Of a DNA stretch of 64,000 bases, positions 52,556 through 62,281 are shown one piece after another. Made by a program: the position numbers and the translations under genes. Source of the stretch: Minisyncoccota bacterium (GTDB taxonomy: Bacteria > Patescibacteriota > Minisyncoccia > Phycocordibacterales > UBA5272); NCBI GenBank assembly GCA_041651055.1, contig JBAZJW010000004.1, positions 2,018 to 66,017 on the forward strand, read 5' to 3'. The notes under the pieces are model-generated. The model was not told the origin of the DNA. It saw nothing but the letters and a program-made list of their open reading frames with translations, and searched no databases. Positions within the stretch are counted from its first letter, which is position 1. The number at the start of each line of letters is the position of its first letter.

Positions 52556-54299
52556 GACTCGCAGGTTGCTGCGGCGTGACTTCTTGGTTTTGCTCGTCCT
52601 GACGTTTCATTTCAACTCGCTTTAGGACGTCCTCACGATGGGGGTATTCTAAGTCCTCAAGCAAGGCTCTGTCGTCTATAACTTGCATCTTTCGGAGGTT
52701 CATGGATTGTTGTTTGCGTTCTTGTTTGACCAACTGTAAACTACTCCCCGGCTCGATTTGGAACACTACATCTAGCCACGCACGTTCTTTGCGCTTTGAC
52801 ACAGGTCTAAGTAACTCACTCTCAATCTCTTTAATTTGTTGCTCGTATTTACTCTGTCTCGCACGTAGCACTTCAAATATGCGTTCTGGCTCATAAAACT
52901 GGAATATCCTAGAGATCAACTTACGGCCTATTCTCATGTGCATGGCTTCTATGGCACGACCACGTAACCTCACCAATGCCTGTGCAGCCATCTGAAGTGC
53001 CTCGATTCCGACACCAGAACTAACCTGACCCGTACGAATACCACGCATGACATCAACCATACCAGTAATTTCATCTTTAGCTACCTTGAGGAAGTTTGCT
53101 ACTTCGAATACATATTGTGGAAGTGCCACACCTGCTTCACGTCGCAACTCCCGGCCTGGGCGTTTTTTAACGTGTGATCCCGGTGCGTTTGTGAGTTTGA
53201 TCCATTCTTCCTTCGTTAAAGCGTCAGCATCACCTACCCATATTGCGTTAGACATCAGGATAGCATTTTCAAGGATAGTGGCTAGTAACTTATTAAATTG
53301 TTCTTGTGGGTTGGTTAGCAACTCCACATCACCCCATGACCATCCACAGTCTGGATCAGCGTGCCAACTCAACATGTCTTGTGGGAACTCACCATCATCG
53401 TATGGGTTCTCACCGTCGTCGGCTAGTACGACATCACCTATTAGGACTGACTTTCTTGACATGTTTTTGAATTCGGGTTTGCCGCGTTCAGTTTTAGACC
53501 TGTCTTTGAGCCAGAATTCACGTATATATACACGTGGTACTGCACTGACGTGGGGATCTTGGATGCCTTGGGGCTGAAAGATAGTACCAAGTAATGTCGA
53601 CAAGAACCCTTTGTGCTGTTGGGCTTGTCTAAATGGTGTTAACCCCGCGTCGGCTTTGATGCGGTCAGCGACTTTAGGGTAGATGTCCTGAGCCTTAGAG
53701 AGTGCCCAGACGTCCTCAACGATGAAGTATTCTCCCTCACACAGATTATAGGATTTAATCACTAAAGGATCAAAGTATGCCGCACGAGGATCAACGCTAG
53801 GTACTAGAATCTCGCCTCTGCCGTTACCACCGCTTCGGTCGTATACTGTAGATGTGAACCCGGCCCCGAAAACTTGACCATTATAGACTACATCCGACAT
53901 GCCCTGTCCAAATACACTCTGCTCAAAGATAGCTGAACATAGGTCGTTTAATATATCAGCTGTGTCTTGGAAACTATCGCTCCTTGGCACAATCGACGGG
54001 ATTGGTTTGGAGTCTGTTAATAGAGCTGTCTTTCGTTCGATGTTTTCAATGGTGAAGTTGATAACACTACTAACCTTATGACTCGGCCTACGTACTGGCC
54101 ATTGTTCACCTTTGAGAAATTTAGTATACCTAGCCCAGTCTTGAGTGTGTTGTTGCTTATACAACGCGGCTTCGGTATAATACTTATTAAGCATCCCAAC
54201 ATACTCTATCTCACGCCTAACTTCAGCTTCCTTTGAGAGTATCTGGAGCTTCTCAAATTGTTCGATCTGTTCAGGAGTCGGGTCGTCTTTTTTCGCCAT
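52494..54299 (-). CDS. portal protein (601 aa)
   Basis: Size and position (downstream of terminase, upstream of scaffold and capsid). Confidence 0.55.
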   Translation of the reverse strand: MAKKDDPTPEQIEQFEKLQILSKEAEVRREIEYVGMLNKYYTEAALYKQQHTQDWARYTKFLKGEQWPVRRPSHKVSSVINFTIENIERKTALLTDSKPIPSIVPRSDSFQDTADILNDLCSAIFEQSVFGQGMSDVVYNGQVFGAGFTSTVYDRSGGNGRGEILVPSVDPRAAYFDPLVIKSYNLCEGEYFIVEDVWALSKAQDIYPKVADRIKADAGLTPFRQAQQHKGFLSTLLGTIFQPQGIQDPHVSAVPRVYIREFWLKDRSKTERGKPEFKNMSRKSVLIGDVVLADDGENPYDDGEFPQDMLSWHADPDCGWSWGDVELLTNPQEQFNKLLATILENAILMSNAIWVGDADALTKEEWIKLTNAPGSHVKKRPGRELRREAGVALPQYVFEVANFLKVAKDEITGMVDVMRGIRTGQVSSGVGIEALQMAAQALVRLRGRAIEAMHMRIGRKLISRIFQFYEPERIFEVLRARQSKYEQQIKEIESELLRPVSKRKERAWLDVVFQIEPGSSLQLVKQERKQQSMNLRKMQVIDDRALLEDLEYPHREDVLKRVEMKRQDEQNQEVTPQQPASHAGASTQFPNQSGGSPAANG

Positions 54300-54302
54300 T
54301 TT

Positions 54303-55472
54303 TTATAACCTATCAGTGTAGTATCCGCAAACGTGAATTGTAGTTGTCACACCAGCCGCAGTAGCATACCAATATAACGCCTGTGCTGCACTCAATGCCG
54401 TGTCGAAGGTGGTGTAACCAGTCACACAGTGTGCCTCTGGAGCCTGTGCTGAGGATTCAATGTCGAAGTAGTAACTGGTTTCTGATGTTGTGGTTAGTAA
54501 CCTTAGTCTAGATCGAGTCGAAAAAATAGGCACACAGCTACTTATATCTAAGGACGTATATGTTACTCCCGCTGTCGCTGCTGTGAACTCTTCAATAGGT
54601 GCAGCGTAACGGTAGTAGTTGCCACTAAAAATATCAAAATCTAACACTTGACTAGAGCCATTGGTTAGCACTGCACCAATACACCGGTCGCTGCCGTTGT
54701 ACCAACCAACTTTAGATTCTGACCAAGCTGGTGCAGTAGTGGAGTTTAAAAACTCACTAGCTGTGAGTAACCTCGATGCAGCGGACACCACAGCAGAGTC
54801 ATCTATGTAGATGTAATGAATCTGTGATGCACCTAGGTTAGATGATGCTGCGTTGGAACCGGCTGGACCTAATGTAAAGGTTATTTGTGTCGCGGTGTAT
54901 AGATGCTGGTTGGTTGTCCCGTTGTGTGCCCAAATGCCGCCCTTGATGGTGATTGCTGTGGTAGATGAGTAACCTAAATAAAAACCATTTTTCATGCCAC
55001 TGTTGTGTGCGGTGCTTTGTAGAGTAGTAATATCTACCCCGTACTCAGTCAACACACCTTGTACAGTTGTACTAGAATAATACGTCGCGGCTGCTACAAC
55101 ACCCACTAAACCCGCACCCAGGCCAGCGGTGGTTGACAATAAATCCGTCGCACCTATGAGAGCCTGGTTGCTGGTATTTGGAAACGTGAATGTCCTGTCA
55201 GCCGTTAAACCACTAGATGATAAAATCGGACTATAGCCAGCTGAGTTAATAGTAAAAGTAGTTGACGTTGTACCCGTATCAGTATGTTGCACATGTAGAT
55301 GATCGTCTATATACCCACCCAATGCAGTAGCAGGTATAACGGTGTCGTCAATATAGTGTACACTAACACTCCCACCCAAGTAAGTCTCACGGGTGAATGT
55401 TGTTGATGCATCACCCCAACTGATGTCTTCTTTACCTATTAGTTCATTAACTAACTTAATTACTGTTGCCAT
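54303..55472 (-). CDS. tail fibre-like protein (389 aa)
   Basis: N-terminus MATVIKLVNEL resembles T7-type fibre N-termini (MANVIKTV). Thr/Ser-rich beta-rich body. Confidence 0.45.
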   Translation of the reverse strand: MATVIKLVNELIGKEDISWGDASTTFTRETYLGGSVSVHYIDDTVIPATALGGYIDDHLHVQHTDTGTTSTTFTINSAGYSPILSSSGLTADRTFTFPNTSNQALIGATDLLSTTAGLGAGLVGVVAAATYYSSTTVQGVLTEYGVDITTLQSTAHNSGMKNGFYLGYSSTTAITIKGGIWAHNGTTNQHLYTATQITFTLGPAGSNAASSNLGASQIHYIYIDDSAVVSAASRLLTASEFLNSTTAPAWSESKVGWYNGSDRCIGAVLTNGSSQVLDFDIFSGNYYRYAAPIEEFTAATAGVTYTSLDISSCVPIFSTRSRLRLLTTTSETSYYFDIESSAQAPEAHCVTGYTTFDTALSAAQALYWYATAAGVTTTIHVCGYYTDRL

Positions 55473-55777
55473 TCCTGTTGCTCCTTGTGTTCGTTGACAA
55501 GTCTAAACACGTCTTCTTCTGATTTAGCACCCTGTTCAATGGCCCACGCGATTTCGTCAGTGGTTAGTCCATCAGCTCTACCTCGGTCTGGAAGTGGATA
55601 GTCAACGCCGGTATCATATTCGATGTTATCGTCTGTGTTAGTCAATGGGTAACTGATCACCCTTTGCCCACCCTGAAGGAGCTTTTGAAGTAAGTTCACT
55701 AATCTTAGCAGCAAAAGAGTCTGGAGTATCATTAGTGGCAACAGCAATAGGGGCAGAAGGTTTAGTAGTTGTGTCAT
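55460..55777 (-). CDS. hypothetical protein; true start probably downstream (about 55661, GTG)
   Basis: The Leu-rich N-terminus of the tracked ORF is an out-of-frame read of the upstream gene. The C-terminal part is hydrophilic. Confidence 0.3.
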   Translation of the reverse strand: MTQLLNLLPLLLLPLMILQTLLLLRLVNLLQKLLQGGQRVISYPLTNTDDNIEYDTGVDYPLPDRGRADGLTTDEIAWAIEQGAKSEEDVFRLVNEHKEQQEWQQ

Positions 55778-56114
55778 TTTTAGTCACCTTTGGGTTAGTA
55801 TGTTCTTCACCACACTTATTAGAGCAAAACACCTGACCTAAGTGTACAGGGGTGAATTTTTTGTCACAGTGTTTGCAAACATATTCATATTGTTTCAACC
55901 CCTCAGCCCATGCGGGTTCAAGGTAGAAATTGCTTAGGTTGCCTTGCATGTGGACTTCTAGTACAATGCCACAAAAAATCTGCCAAATTGGAAGGTGGTA
56001 GTCGTCTGCTATTTGGTGCATTAGTTCAGACGCGTGTTCGGGCAGACACAGCAGTAGGTCCTCGGTGTATTTGTTGAGTGTAACTTCGTCGAGTTTCTTT
56101 TTAGTTACCTGCAT
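55638..56114 (-). CDS. zinc-ribbon protein downstream of terminase (158 aa; possible small terminase or DNA-binding protein)
   Basis: CKHCDKKFTPVHLGQVFCSNKCGEEH. Confidence 0.4.
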   Translation of the reverse strand: MQVTKKKLDEVTLNKYTEDLLLCLPEHASELMHQIADDYHLPIWQIFCGIVLEVHMQGNLSNFYLEPAWAEGLKQYEYVCKHCDKKFTPVHLGQVFCSNKCGEEHTNPKVTKNDTTTKPSAPIAVATNDTPDSFAAKISELTSKAPSGWAKGDQLPID

Positions 56115-56122
56115 AAATCCTC

Positions 56123-57886
56123 CTATGAGTTAAGCCAATGGTCGTCGTAGGTGTCGTCTTTACCATAGGCCAAAATACGTGCAAATTCTAAATCACGGAA
56201 TTTAGTCGTGGTTGAGATAGCTGGCTTACGTGCTTGGATTATAGACGCGTCGTCGGGTTCTTGGTTGACGTGACGATACATCGTGTATAAGCCTATCAAC
56301 GCGCTCATGACCCTGTCGTCATACCCGTTGCCGATTGCAGAACCACCACCGGACTCGTCCTGGGTGAAGGTTATCAATTCACGAATCAGGTCTTGACTAT
56401 GTACAATGATTGTCATGTCTGAGATACAATGTGTGCCGTAACTAATTAACGCTTTCTTGGAGCGCAAGTTAGTCTCCCAGCCTAGCTTGTTAGTAAAGCT
56501 CCCATCGTAGGTGTCGATACGTTCCTGACGATAGATGTTCCAGTAGTGGTTCTGCAATTCCTGCAACGTGACGCGGCCATACGACTCGACCTCAACCGAC
56601 GCTAAGGCTTCGTTGTAGAGTTTGCCAACCGAGGCTACGATCTCGGCTAGGTTAAAGGGGTCTACATAACCATGCCATTCAGCGACTTGTTCGGCTACCA
56701 ATGGTATAGGGAGTTTTTTCCAGACTTCGATACATGAAAAGTCACCTTTGGTTTTACCACTTCGGGGGTCGTATTGACCACCACCTGAGACGTCAATGCC
56801 CATTACGTAGATGCCTCGGTCTTCGGGAAGTTTCCAGATGCGTAGGTTACCGTTTTCGTCTGCTTTCAAACCGCGCTTGGAGATGTTGCCACGCCATTTG
56901 GGTTCACTGCATTTGAGAAACATCGTCCTGAGTTTACGTCTATCAAACAGCGGTACACCTGATACGATAAAGGCTTCTTCGTCGTTGCTAGGATATTCCT
57001 GCCGGAACAACTCCACATCGGCGCGCAGGTCGGCGATGGTAGTACGACGCCAGTAGAGTTGTTCTGGTGACAGGCTATATGTGGCCTTGAGTTCTTTTTC
57101 TTCGTCGTTGAGACTCTCCATGAAGGCAGTTCGCTCACGTCCTGTGTTGAACTGGCGCACATATTCTGGCAAGTCAAACCATGCTAGGAAGAACGGTATG
57201 AAGTTGCTACTCCCTTCTTTTGCTGCGAGCCACTCCTCGTGGAAGAAGTTGCCAACTCCTTTTGCTGTGGACTCGTAGAAGATGACACTGTTTAGGGTCT
57301 TAGGAACGGTGGGAATCAAAGCGGGAATGACATCTTCTGCTTTAGTCCATGAACCCAACTCGCTACAGTGAAGGTTATGGTAGCCCGCGCTTCTAGCTAC
57401 GTCTTTCTTGCCAGCCGTTAAAACGGTCAAGGATGACCGTAGTCCGGGATTAAGGTTACGGGTTTTAGGGTCGGGGTTTTCGAAGGTTAGTTCGCGTTTA
57501 GACCCGTAGCGAACCATTGGTTGTAACTCTTTGGGTAGGCAGTCGTAGTAGAGCTTACACATGTTGAAGATTTTCTCACCTGACTCCTTTTCATGTGCGA
57601 TTATAGCAGCGTCTGTGTTCTCGGACATGTGTGAGAGCCAGAAAATGGTGCCTTCGCAGTAAGTGGACATGCCCTCACGCCGGGCCTTGAGGATGATGAA
57701 CCTGAGTAACTTTCTGTTTTGACGTGCGGATTCTACTACCTTGTGAAATTTCTGCTGTGGGGACCAGAAGTTGAACGGGAGCAACTGTTGATTCTGGTCT
57801 TTGATTTTCAACAACTTAGCTGCATAATATTCAAAATCCCACGTGCAGCGTTTGAAGTCGAGGTTATTTAAGACGCTAGAAGTCAT
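56123..57886 (-). CDS. terminase large subunit
   Basis: About 587 aa. N-terminal ATPase region with KARREGMST P-loop-like block, then a nuclease-domain-sized C-terminus. Confidence 0.8.
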   Translation of the reverse strand: MTSSVLNNLDFKRCTWDFEYYAAKLLKIKDQNQQLLPFNFWSPQQKFHKVVESARQNRKLLRFIILKARREGMSTYCEGTIFWLSHMSENTDAAIIAHEKESGEKIFNMCKLYYDCLPKELQPMVRYGSKRELTFENPDPKTRNLNPGLRSSLTVLTAGKKDVARSAGYHNLHCSELGSWTKAEDVIPALIPTVPKTLNSVIFYESTAKGVGNFFHEEWLAAKEGSSNFIPFFLAWFDLPEYVRQFNTGRERTAFMESLNDEEKELKATYSLSPEQLYWRRTTIADLRADVELFRQEYPSNDEEAFIVSGVPLFDRRKLRTMFLKCSEPKWRGNISKRGLKADENGNLRIWKLPEDRGIYVMGIDVSGGGQYDPRSGKTKGDFSCIEVWKKLPIPLVAEQVAEWHGYVDPFNLAEIVASVGKLYNEALASVEVESYGRVTLQELQNHYWNIYRQERIDTYDGSFTNKLGWETNLRSKKALISYGTHCISDMTIIVHSQDLIRELITFTQDESGGGSAIGNGYDDRVMSALIGLYTMYRHVNQEPDDASIIQARKPAISTTTKFRDLEFARILAYGKDDTYDDHWLNS

Positions 57887-58062
57887 TTGGGTCTGTGGCC
57901 ACTCCTTATGGCATGTTTAGCGGGTTTGTTAACTTTAGATGCAAACTCACTAAGCTGCTTATGAGTCATGCTTAACACACCCCGGTTGCGCTTAAACAAC
58001 TTACTAGGCGCGTGTTTAGCGATTGCCATTAGTTTACGTTGCTTCTCACTTACTGCTGGCAT
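57883..58062 (-). CDS. small basic protein, DUF3008-like (59 aa)
   Basis: MPAVSEKQRKLMAIAKHAPSKLFKRNRGVLSMTHKQLSEFASKV. ATGA overlap with the terminase start. Overlaps the 3' end of the RlpA-like gene by 17 nt. Confidence 0.35.
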   Translation of the reverse strand: MPAVSEKQRKLMAIAKHAPSKLFKRNRGVLSMTHKQLSEFASKVNKPAKHAIRSGHRPK

Positions 58063-60730
58063 CTTTCACCGTTATGTGAGGCGGGTTTTTCTTGGCCTCT
58101 TTAATAATGTCGATTTTGATGTTAGCTACACCCTTTTTGGTTATGCCTAATTTGTCTGCTGCGGCCTTGGACAAGTCAAGCACCCTGTTAGGGTATTTAT
58201 ACGGGCCGCGGTCTGTGACTTCAACCACTACACTTTTATTAGTATGCTTATCCGTAACTTTGATCTTTGTGCCTAGCGGTAAGGTTCTATGTGCTGCGGT
58301 CATTTTGTTCATGTCAAAGGGTTTCTTAGGGTTACCTGCCATTGGTTTCCCGTGGAATTGCTTACCATACCATGAGGCTTTCGCACCTTGTGGGTGGGAG
58401 TCGTGGGTGGCAGACTCATCAAGTTTAGGTTTCTCGTCACGTTGAGCAAGTGCCTTGAGTGCTTGCGTGGTTGTGAGTGAGCCTTGTGCGATACGTTGGC
58501 CTTTGATGGTGATGGATTGTTTTAGGTCAGGGGAGAGGGGGAGGTACCAGACTTCTACTTGTTCACCACGTGCCTTTTCATACGCATCAACTAAATTACC
58601 ACGAGCGTCTCGCAACTGTTGATAAGTTGGTGCTGCATTTGGATCAGCAATAGTTGTTTTTATTTTAACTGGCCTAACCCCATACTCCCTCTCAGCCTCT
58701 CTAACCATGTACTCATCATAAACCTTCTCGAAAAACTTACCACCTACCAGGAAGTCCCCGGTTGCGCCGTCGCCGGATATAGCACGACCCGTGCCAGGCC
58801 AGTTCTCACTACGCATCTTTGCAACTAAAGCTGACGCGTCTTCTCTGTATCTTACAATGTCAGTTAACTCACCCATATCGTCGAATATTTTGTACCTGTC
58901 ATCAGCTTTTTCGTAATATGCACCTCCAGCACGATCTTCAAGTGAATATGACTCTGAATCCTTTGGTTTATTTTTAGACGCTGCTGTTGCAATTTTCTCC
59001 TGCTCCTCTACAATCCTAGCGACGTTCTTACCAGCGTTATCTTGCAACTGCTTCATATTCACATAACCCTGATCGAACGTTCTGCCATTAGGAGTCTCAA
59101 AGTGGAGAGTGTACTTACCAGTCTTTAAGTCCTTAGTCCAGTTGAAACTATTGACTAGCTTGTTGTATCTATCTGCTACGATTCTGCCGGTTGACCATGT
59201 TACTGAGTCCTTACCTTCTCGTACGGCTGTGTCGACCCACTCCTTTAATCCAAGTTTGGCCCATTTGAGGTCTTTGAAAGGGGCGGGTGGAATGTTACTA
59301 CGTTGTCCGAGATAACCCTGTGCATAGTTCACTAATGAATCTCTATCATATGCACCATTTATTTTTGCACCTTCTTCGTCTCTAAGTATGTAGTATTCCC
59401 TGTTGTTTAAATCTGGCCTACCAGGAATGTTAGGAGGTTCCTTAGAGATCGTCCAACCAGTAGGTAGTTCGTCTTTTCCAATAGGTGTTGCATACCCCTC
59501 CTCCATCGCCTTCTGGTGTAATGAACTCTGCGTCTCATCCAAGTGCTTAGCTAACTCACCATTAGGCAACTTTCTATCGTGACCACGTGTGAACATAAAC
59601 GCATTATCAGCTACGTTACCTGGCCAGTCATGTGGCTCCACGTAGCGTAGGCCACCTTCAGGAGTGAAGTGGAAGAGACGTTCTTGATAGGTTCCTGGGA
59701 TGTGACCGGGGAGGTTGAAGGAGGAGTAGTTTTCGGGGCCGTACTTACCACCAGCACTACGTTTCTCTAACTTTTCCATCGCATTTGCAACAGCCATTCT
59801 TCTATTTTGCAAACGCGTTATATCCGGTTGCCATATTTCGTATCGCTCTCGATCCGGTGCTTTTTTATACAACTCGTCGAGTTCGTTGGTTGTCCTAGTA
59901 GCTATTCGTTCCAATCTATCACGTGCAGCCTGCAACTTGGGATCAATCGGACCAAGCACACTCGGCTCCCCAGTCTCTTTTAGACTCTTACTCCTCACCA
60001 ACTGCAACATCTCATCCCTACTGACTCTCTGATCACCTAGAGATTTCAGTTTCTGAAGCAAGCCAGTGTAATTGAGTTCCTCCATGTTGATGAGGTTTTT
60101 GTCGGTTGCATACTTCAATGTGCTTAGCATCCCAGTAGCTTTAGGGTTGTCTGGGATGAAGAGTTTACCAATCTGGCCGGTTTCTAGGGCACGTTCGAGT
60201 GGGGAGTAGAACTTAGGACTGCTTGTTAAGCCTGTCTTTGCACCACCAGCACCCCCACCAAACGGTATCGTAGCTAAGTCAAAGTTAGCCATTCCTATAG
60301 ACGTGCGTAACGTCTCACTTGCTTCCTTGGGGTCCATCGCTTGGGTGTAGGTTAACTCTCTACCAGTTTCAGGGTCTTTGAACTTCCCACCAGCAGCTAC
60401 ATGCGCCCAAAGGTTATAGGCGTTGTTGATGCTACTAACTACTGCTCCTGGTAGTGCCAACGCAAACTTAATCGGCGCACCAACTATCGCACCCATAACT
60501 TCGCCTGTGGTGCGGAGCCAGTCTGGTTGAGGTGCAGGTTGAGTAGGCGATTCATAAGCCGGGGGTATGGAGACGAAGGGTTTGTCACCAAGGGGGAGTT
60601 GGTTGGTTTGGTCCCCAGCCCCGGCTTGTGGGTTAGCAACTACACCTTCTGGCGTAGCTGCCATTGCATCACGTTGGTCCTTCCACTTCCTAAATCTCTC
60701 AACCTCAATGTCCGTAGGCTCAGTTCGCAC
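58046..60730 (-). CDS. large protein with C-terminal RlpA-like double-psi beta-barrel (DPBB) lytic-transglycosylase-type domain (894 aa)
   Basis: C-terminus ASWYGKQFHGKPMAGNPKKPFDMNKMTAAHRTLPLGTKIKVTDKHTNKSVVVEVTDRGPYKYPNRVLDLSKAAADKLG is the canonical RlpA/DPBB_1 pattern. Confidence 0.65.
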   Translation of the reverse strand: MRTEPTDIEVERFRKWKDQRDAMAATPEGVVANPQAGAGDQTNQLPLGDKPFVSIPPAYESPTQPAPQPDWLRTTGEVMGAIVGAPIKFALALPGAVVSSINNAYNLWAHVAAGGKFKDPETGRELTYTQAMDPKEASETLRTSIGMANFDLATIPFGGGAGGAKTGLTSSPKFYSPLERALETGQIGKLFIPDNPKATGMLSTLKYATDKNLINMEELNYTGLLQKLKSLGDQRVSRDEMLQLVRSKSLKETGEPSVLGPIDPKLQAARDRLERIATRTTNELDELYKKAPDRERYEIWQPDITRLQNRRMAVANAMEKLEKRSAGGKYGPENYSSFNLPGHIPGTYQERLFHFTPEGGLRYVEPHDWPGNVADNAFMFTRGHDRKLPNGELAKHLDETQSSLHQKAMEEGYATPIGKDELPTGWTISKEPPNIPGRPDLNNREYYILRDEEGAKINGAYDRDSLVNYAQGYLGQRSNIPPAPFKDLKWAKLGLKEWVDTAVREGKDSVTWSTGRIVADRYNKLVNSFNWTKDLKTGKYTLHFETPNGRTFDQGYVNMKQLQDNAGKNVARIVEEQEKIATAASKNKPKDSESYSLEDRAGGAYYEKADDRYKIFDDMGELTDIVRYREDASALVAKMRSENWPGTGRAISGDGATGDFLVGGKFFEKVYDEYMVREAEREYGVRPVKIKTTIADPNAAPTYQQLRDARGNLVDAYEKARGEQVEVWYLPLSPDLKQSITIKGQRIAQGSLTTTQALKALAQRDEKPKLDESATHDSHPQGAKASWYGKQFHGKPMAGNPKKPFDMNKMTAAHRTLPLGTKIKVTDKHTNKSVVVEVTDRGPYKYPNRVLDLSKAAADKLGITKKGVANIKIDIIKEAKKNPPHITVKDASSK

Positions 60731-60993
60731 TATGCTTTAGTCCTTGTCATCTCGTAGAGTCCCGTTGCAGTGGCTCCAGTCATGAAACCCTGCACCAGAA
60801 ACAACACCACCGTTTGAGGACTCGTCCCGGTTGGAGTGATGTATAACGCTACTAAACTAAGTCCCATGCCGATGCCCACAGCAATCCAAGGCTTGGCTTT
60901 ACTAGAAACCTCCCACGTACCATAGATCATCCTAAGCACGATACTTAGCAACACCGAGATTCCTATTGATCCAATTTGGAGTTCCTCTAACAT
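60730..60993 (-). CDS. holin-like 3-TM membrane protein (87 aa)
   Basis: Three hydrophobic helices, short charged C-terminus, adjacent to the muralytic gene. Confidence 0.45.
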   Translation of the reverse strand: MLEELQIGSIGISVLLSIVLRMIYGTWEVSSKAKPWIAVGIGMGLSLVALYITPTGTSPQTVVLFLVQGFMTGATATGLYEMTRTKA

Positions 60994-60995
60994 AG

Positions 60996-61241
60996 TTAGT
61001 CTCCCAAATAAGTGAGTGTAACCTGTGCAGCTATTGGGATTTTTGCTCCCATGAGACCTTGGTTGATTGCGTCCTCAATGACGCTTTGGAGTTGGACAAT
61101 TTCCTGGGGTTCGATGTCCTCACCGCCTGCACTCCCCGCTGCCTGTGCACTTTGCATCCACATAAATACTCGACTTGCAACTCCTGCAAACGCGATAGCC
61201 AGTGCTGTGTATTTCATCCATCTTTCAGTTGTCATTGCCAT
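60996..61241 (-). CDS. single-TM membrane protein (holin/antiholin candidate, 81 aa)
   Basis: N-terminal TM segment YTALAIAFAGVASRVFMWM. Confidence 0.35.
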   Translation of the reverse strand: MAMTTERWMKYTALAIAFAGVASRVFMWMQSAQAAGSAGGEDIEPQEIVQLQSVIEDAINQGLMGAKIPIAAQVTLTYLGD

Positions 61242-61253
61242 GATGTAACCTCC

Positions 61254-61484
61254 TTAAAGTTTGTGTTCGATGTTAGTGTGATACGTCCCACATAGATGCG
61301 TCTTATACGCCTCTATTCCCTTTTGCATTAGTTCAATGGTTTTCAGGGTTTCTTTGGCCCTGACACCTGCATTGTCTGGTCGGTCGTTTTCTAAGTGTTT
61401 AATAATCTTCTTCATGGATATTTGCAAAACCTTCAGACTCCTCTCCCACGTGCAAAGTAGATTGCCGGGATCGTAGACAGTCAT
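61254..61484 (-). CDS. hypothetical protein (76 aa)
   Basis: Start taken at the internal ATG that forms an ATGA overlap with the upstream gene. The tracked ORF extends further, to 61574. Confidence 0.35.
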   Translation of the reverse strand: MTVYDPGNLLCTWERSLKVLQISMKKIIKHLENDRPDNAGVRAKETLKTIELMQKGIEAYKTHLCGTYHTNIEHKL

Positions 61485-61693
61485 CGTTTTAGTTCCACCG
61501 TAAGCTCCGCGATTCTTTTTATCAGGTGTTCCTCTTTCTGGAGTACGTCTTTCATTGTCGCTAGGCGTGCCCATTTCTCGCGTGTGGCCTCACCCAGCTC
61601 AATCGTTAGTTTAGCCAACACCAGCTTTTTCTCTATCACTTCATATGGTTCCTTGTTCCAGTTGTTCATGATCCTACTCCCTAGATTTTTCAA
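61481..61693 (-). CDS. hypothetical coiled-coil protein (70 aa)
   Basis: Complete ORF. Confidence 0.4.
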   Translation of the reverse strand: MKNLGSRIMNNWNKEPYEVIEKKLVLAKLTIELGEATREKWARLATMKDVLQKEEHLIKRIAELTVELKR

Positions 61694-62006
61694 CCCGTGC
61701 TACCTGTACTGCGAGACCCACCATGTCACGTTGTACGCTATCTACTCGTTTTTCGACGTCATCAAACTGCTTGCCAAACTCTTTTTTGCACTCTTCGTGC
61801 ATTTTATCACAGCGCGACTGACCAACCTGTGAGTCAAGTTTCTGTTCGTTCTTAGTAACGCGCCTATCTAAATCAGCGCGTTTAACTTCCTCAACATCCA
61901 ACCTTGCCTTTAGAACGTAATAAACAATCGCAGCTCCAGACCCAGTCCCGATGGCCCCACTAAGAAATGGCGCCAACATAGAAACCCAATCAGGTGTAGG
62001 TGTCAA
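61674..62006 (-). CDS. i-spanin-like protein (N-terminal TM plus periplasmic coiled coil, 110 aa)
   Basis: TM segment WVSMLAPFLSGAIGTGSGAAIVYYVL, then a charged coiled coil with a Cys. Confidence 0.4.
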   Translation of the reverse strand: MTPTPDWVSMLAPFLSGAIGTGSGAAIVYYVLKARLDVEEVKRADLDRRVTKNEQKLDSQVGQSRCDKMHEECKKEFGKQFDDVEKRVDSVQRDMVGLAVQVARVEKSRE

Positions 62007-62022
62007 TCAAGTCGAGCCTCCG

Positions 62023-62163
62023 TTAGCAATTCACGTCGAGAATCCGTATCTTAGGTGCGTCAGGTTTAGGCAACGGCCTGTCGAACCATCCCATCCCGTA
62101 CGCTGAAGAAGCGAACAGCACTATCGCAAGAAGGATAACTATATATTTTGTTGATCTTGCCAT
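62023..62163 (-). CDS. small secreted Pro-rich protein (46 aa; o-spanin-like position, but no lipobox Cys)
   Basis: MARSTKYIVILLAIVLFASSAYGMGWFDRPLPKPDAPKIRILDVNC. GGAG RBS. Not in the ORF track because it is under 60 aa. Confidence 0.3.
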   Translation of the reverse strand: MARSTKYIVILLAIVLFASSAYGMGWFDRPLPKPDAPKIRILDVNC

Positions 62164-62281
62164 TCTCTCCACTCATCGTAATTAACCCACTTGATCCAGA
62201 TATGACCGCATTTGGGGCATTGAGTAGGCCCAGGCTTGTCCTCATACTCATAGCTACATTTCAAACATAGGAACCTAGCCT

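Noticed and set aside
55663-55777. Leu-rich hydrophobic N-terminus (LLNLLPLLLLPLMILQTLLLLRL) of tracked ORF 55460..55777, suggestive of a membrane protein
   Set aside because: The segment is an out-of-frame reading of the 3' end of gene 55638..56114. The real start is probably the downstream GTG (about 55661) after a GGGTGG SD, so the hydrophobic stretch is an artefact.
62066-62251. Tracked minus ORF 62066..62251 (61 aa)
   Set aside because: No RBS and an odd composition. The overlapping 46-aa ORF 62023..62163 in another frame has a GGAG RBS, a signal peptide and fits the operon packing, so it was preferred.
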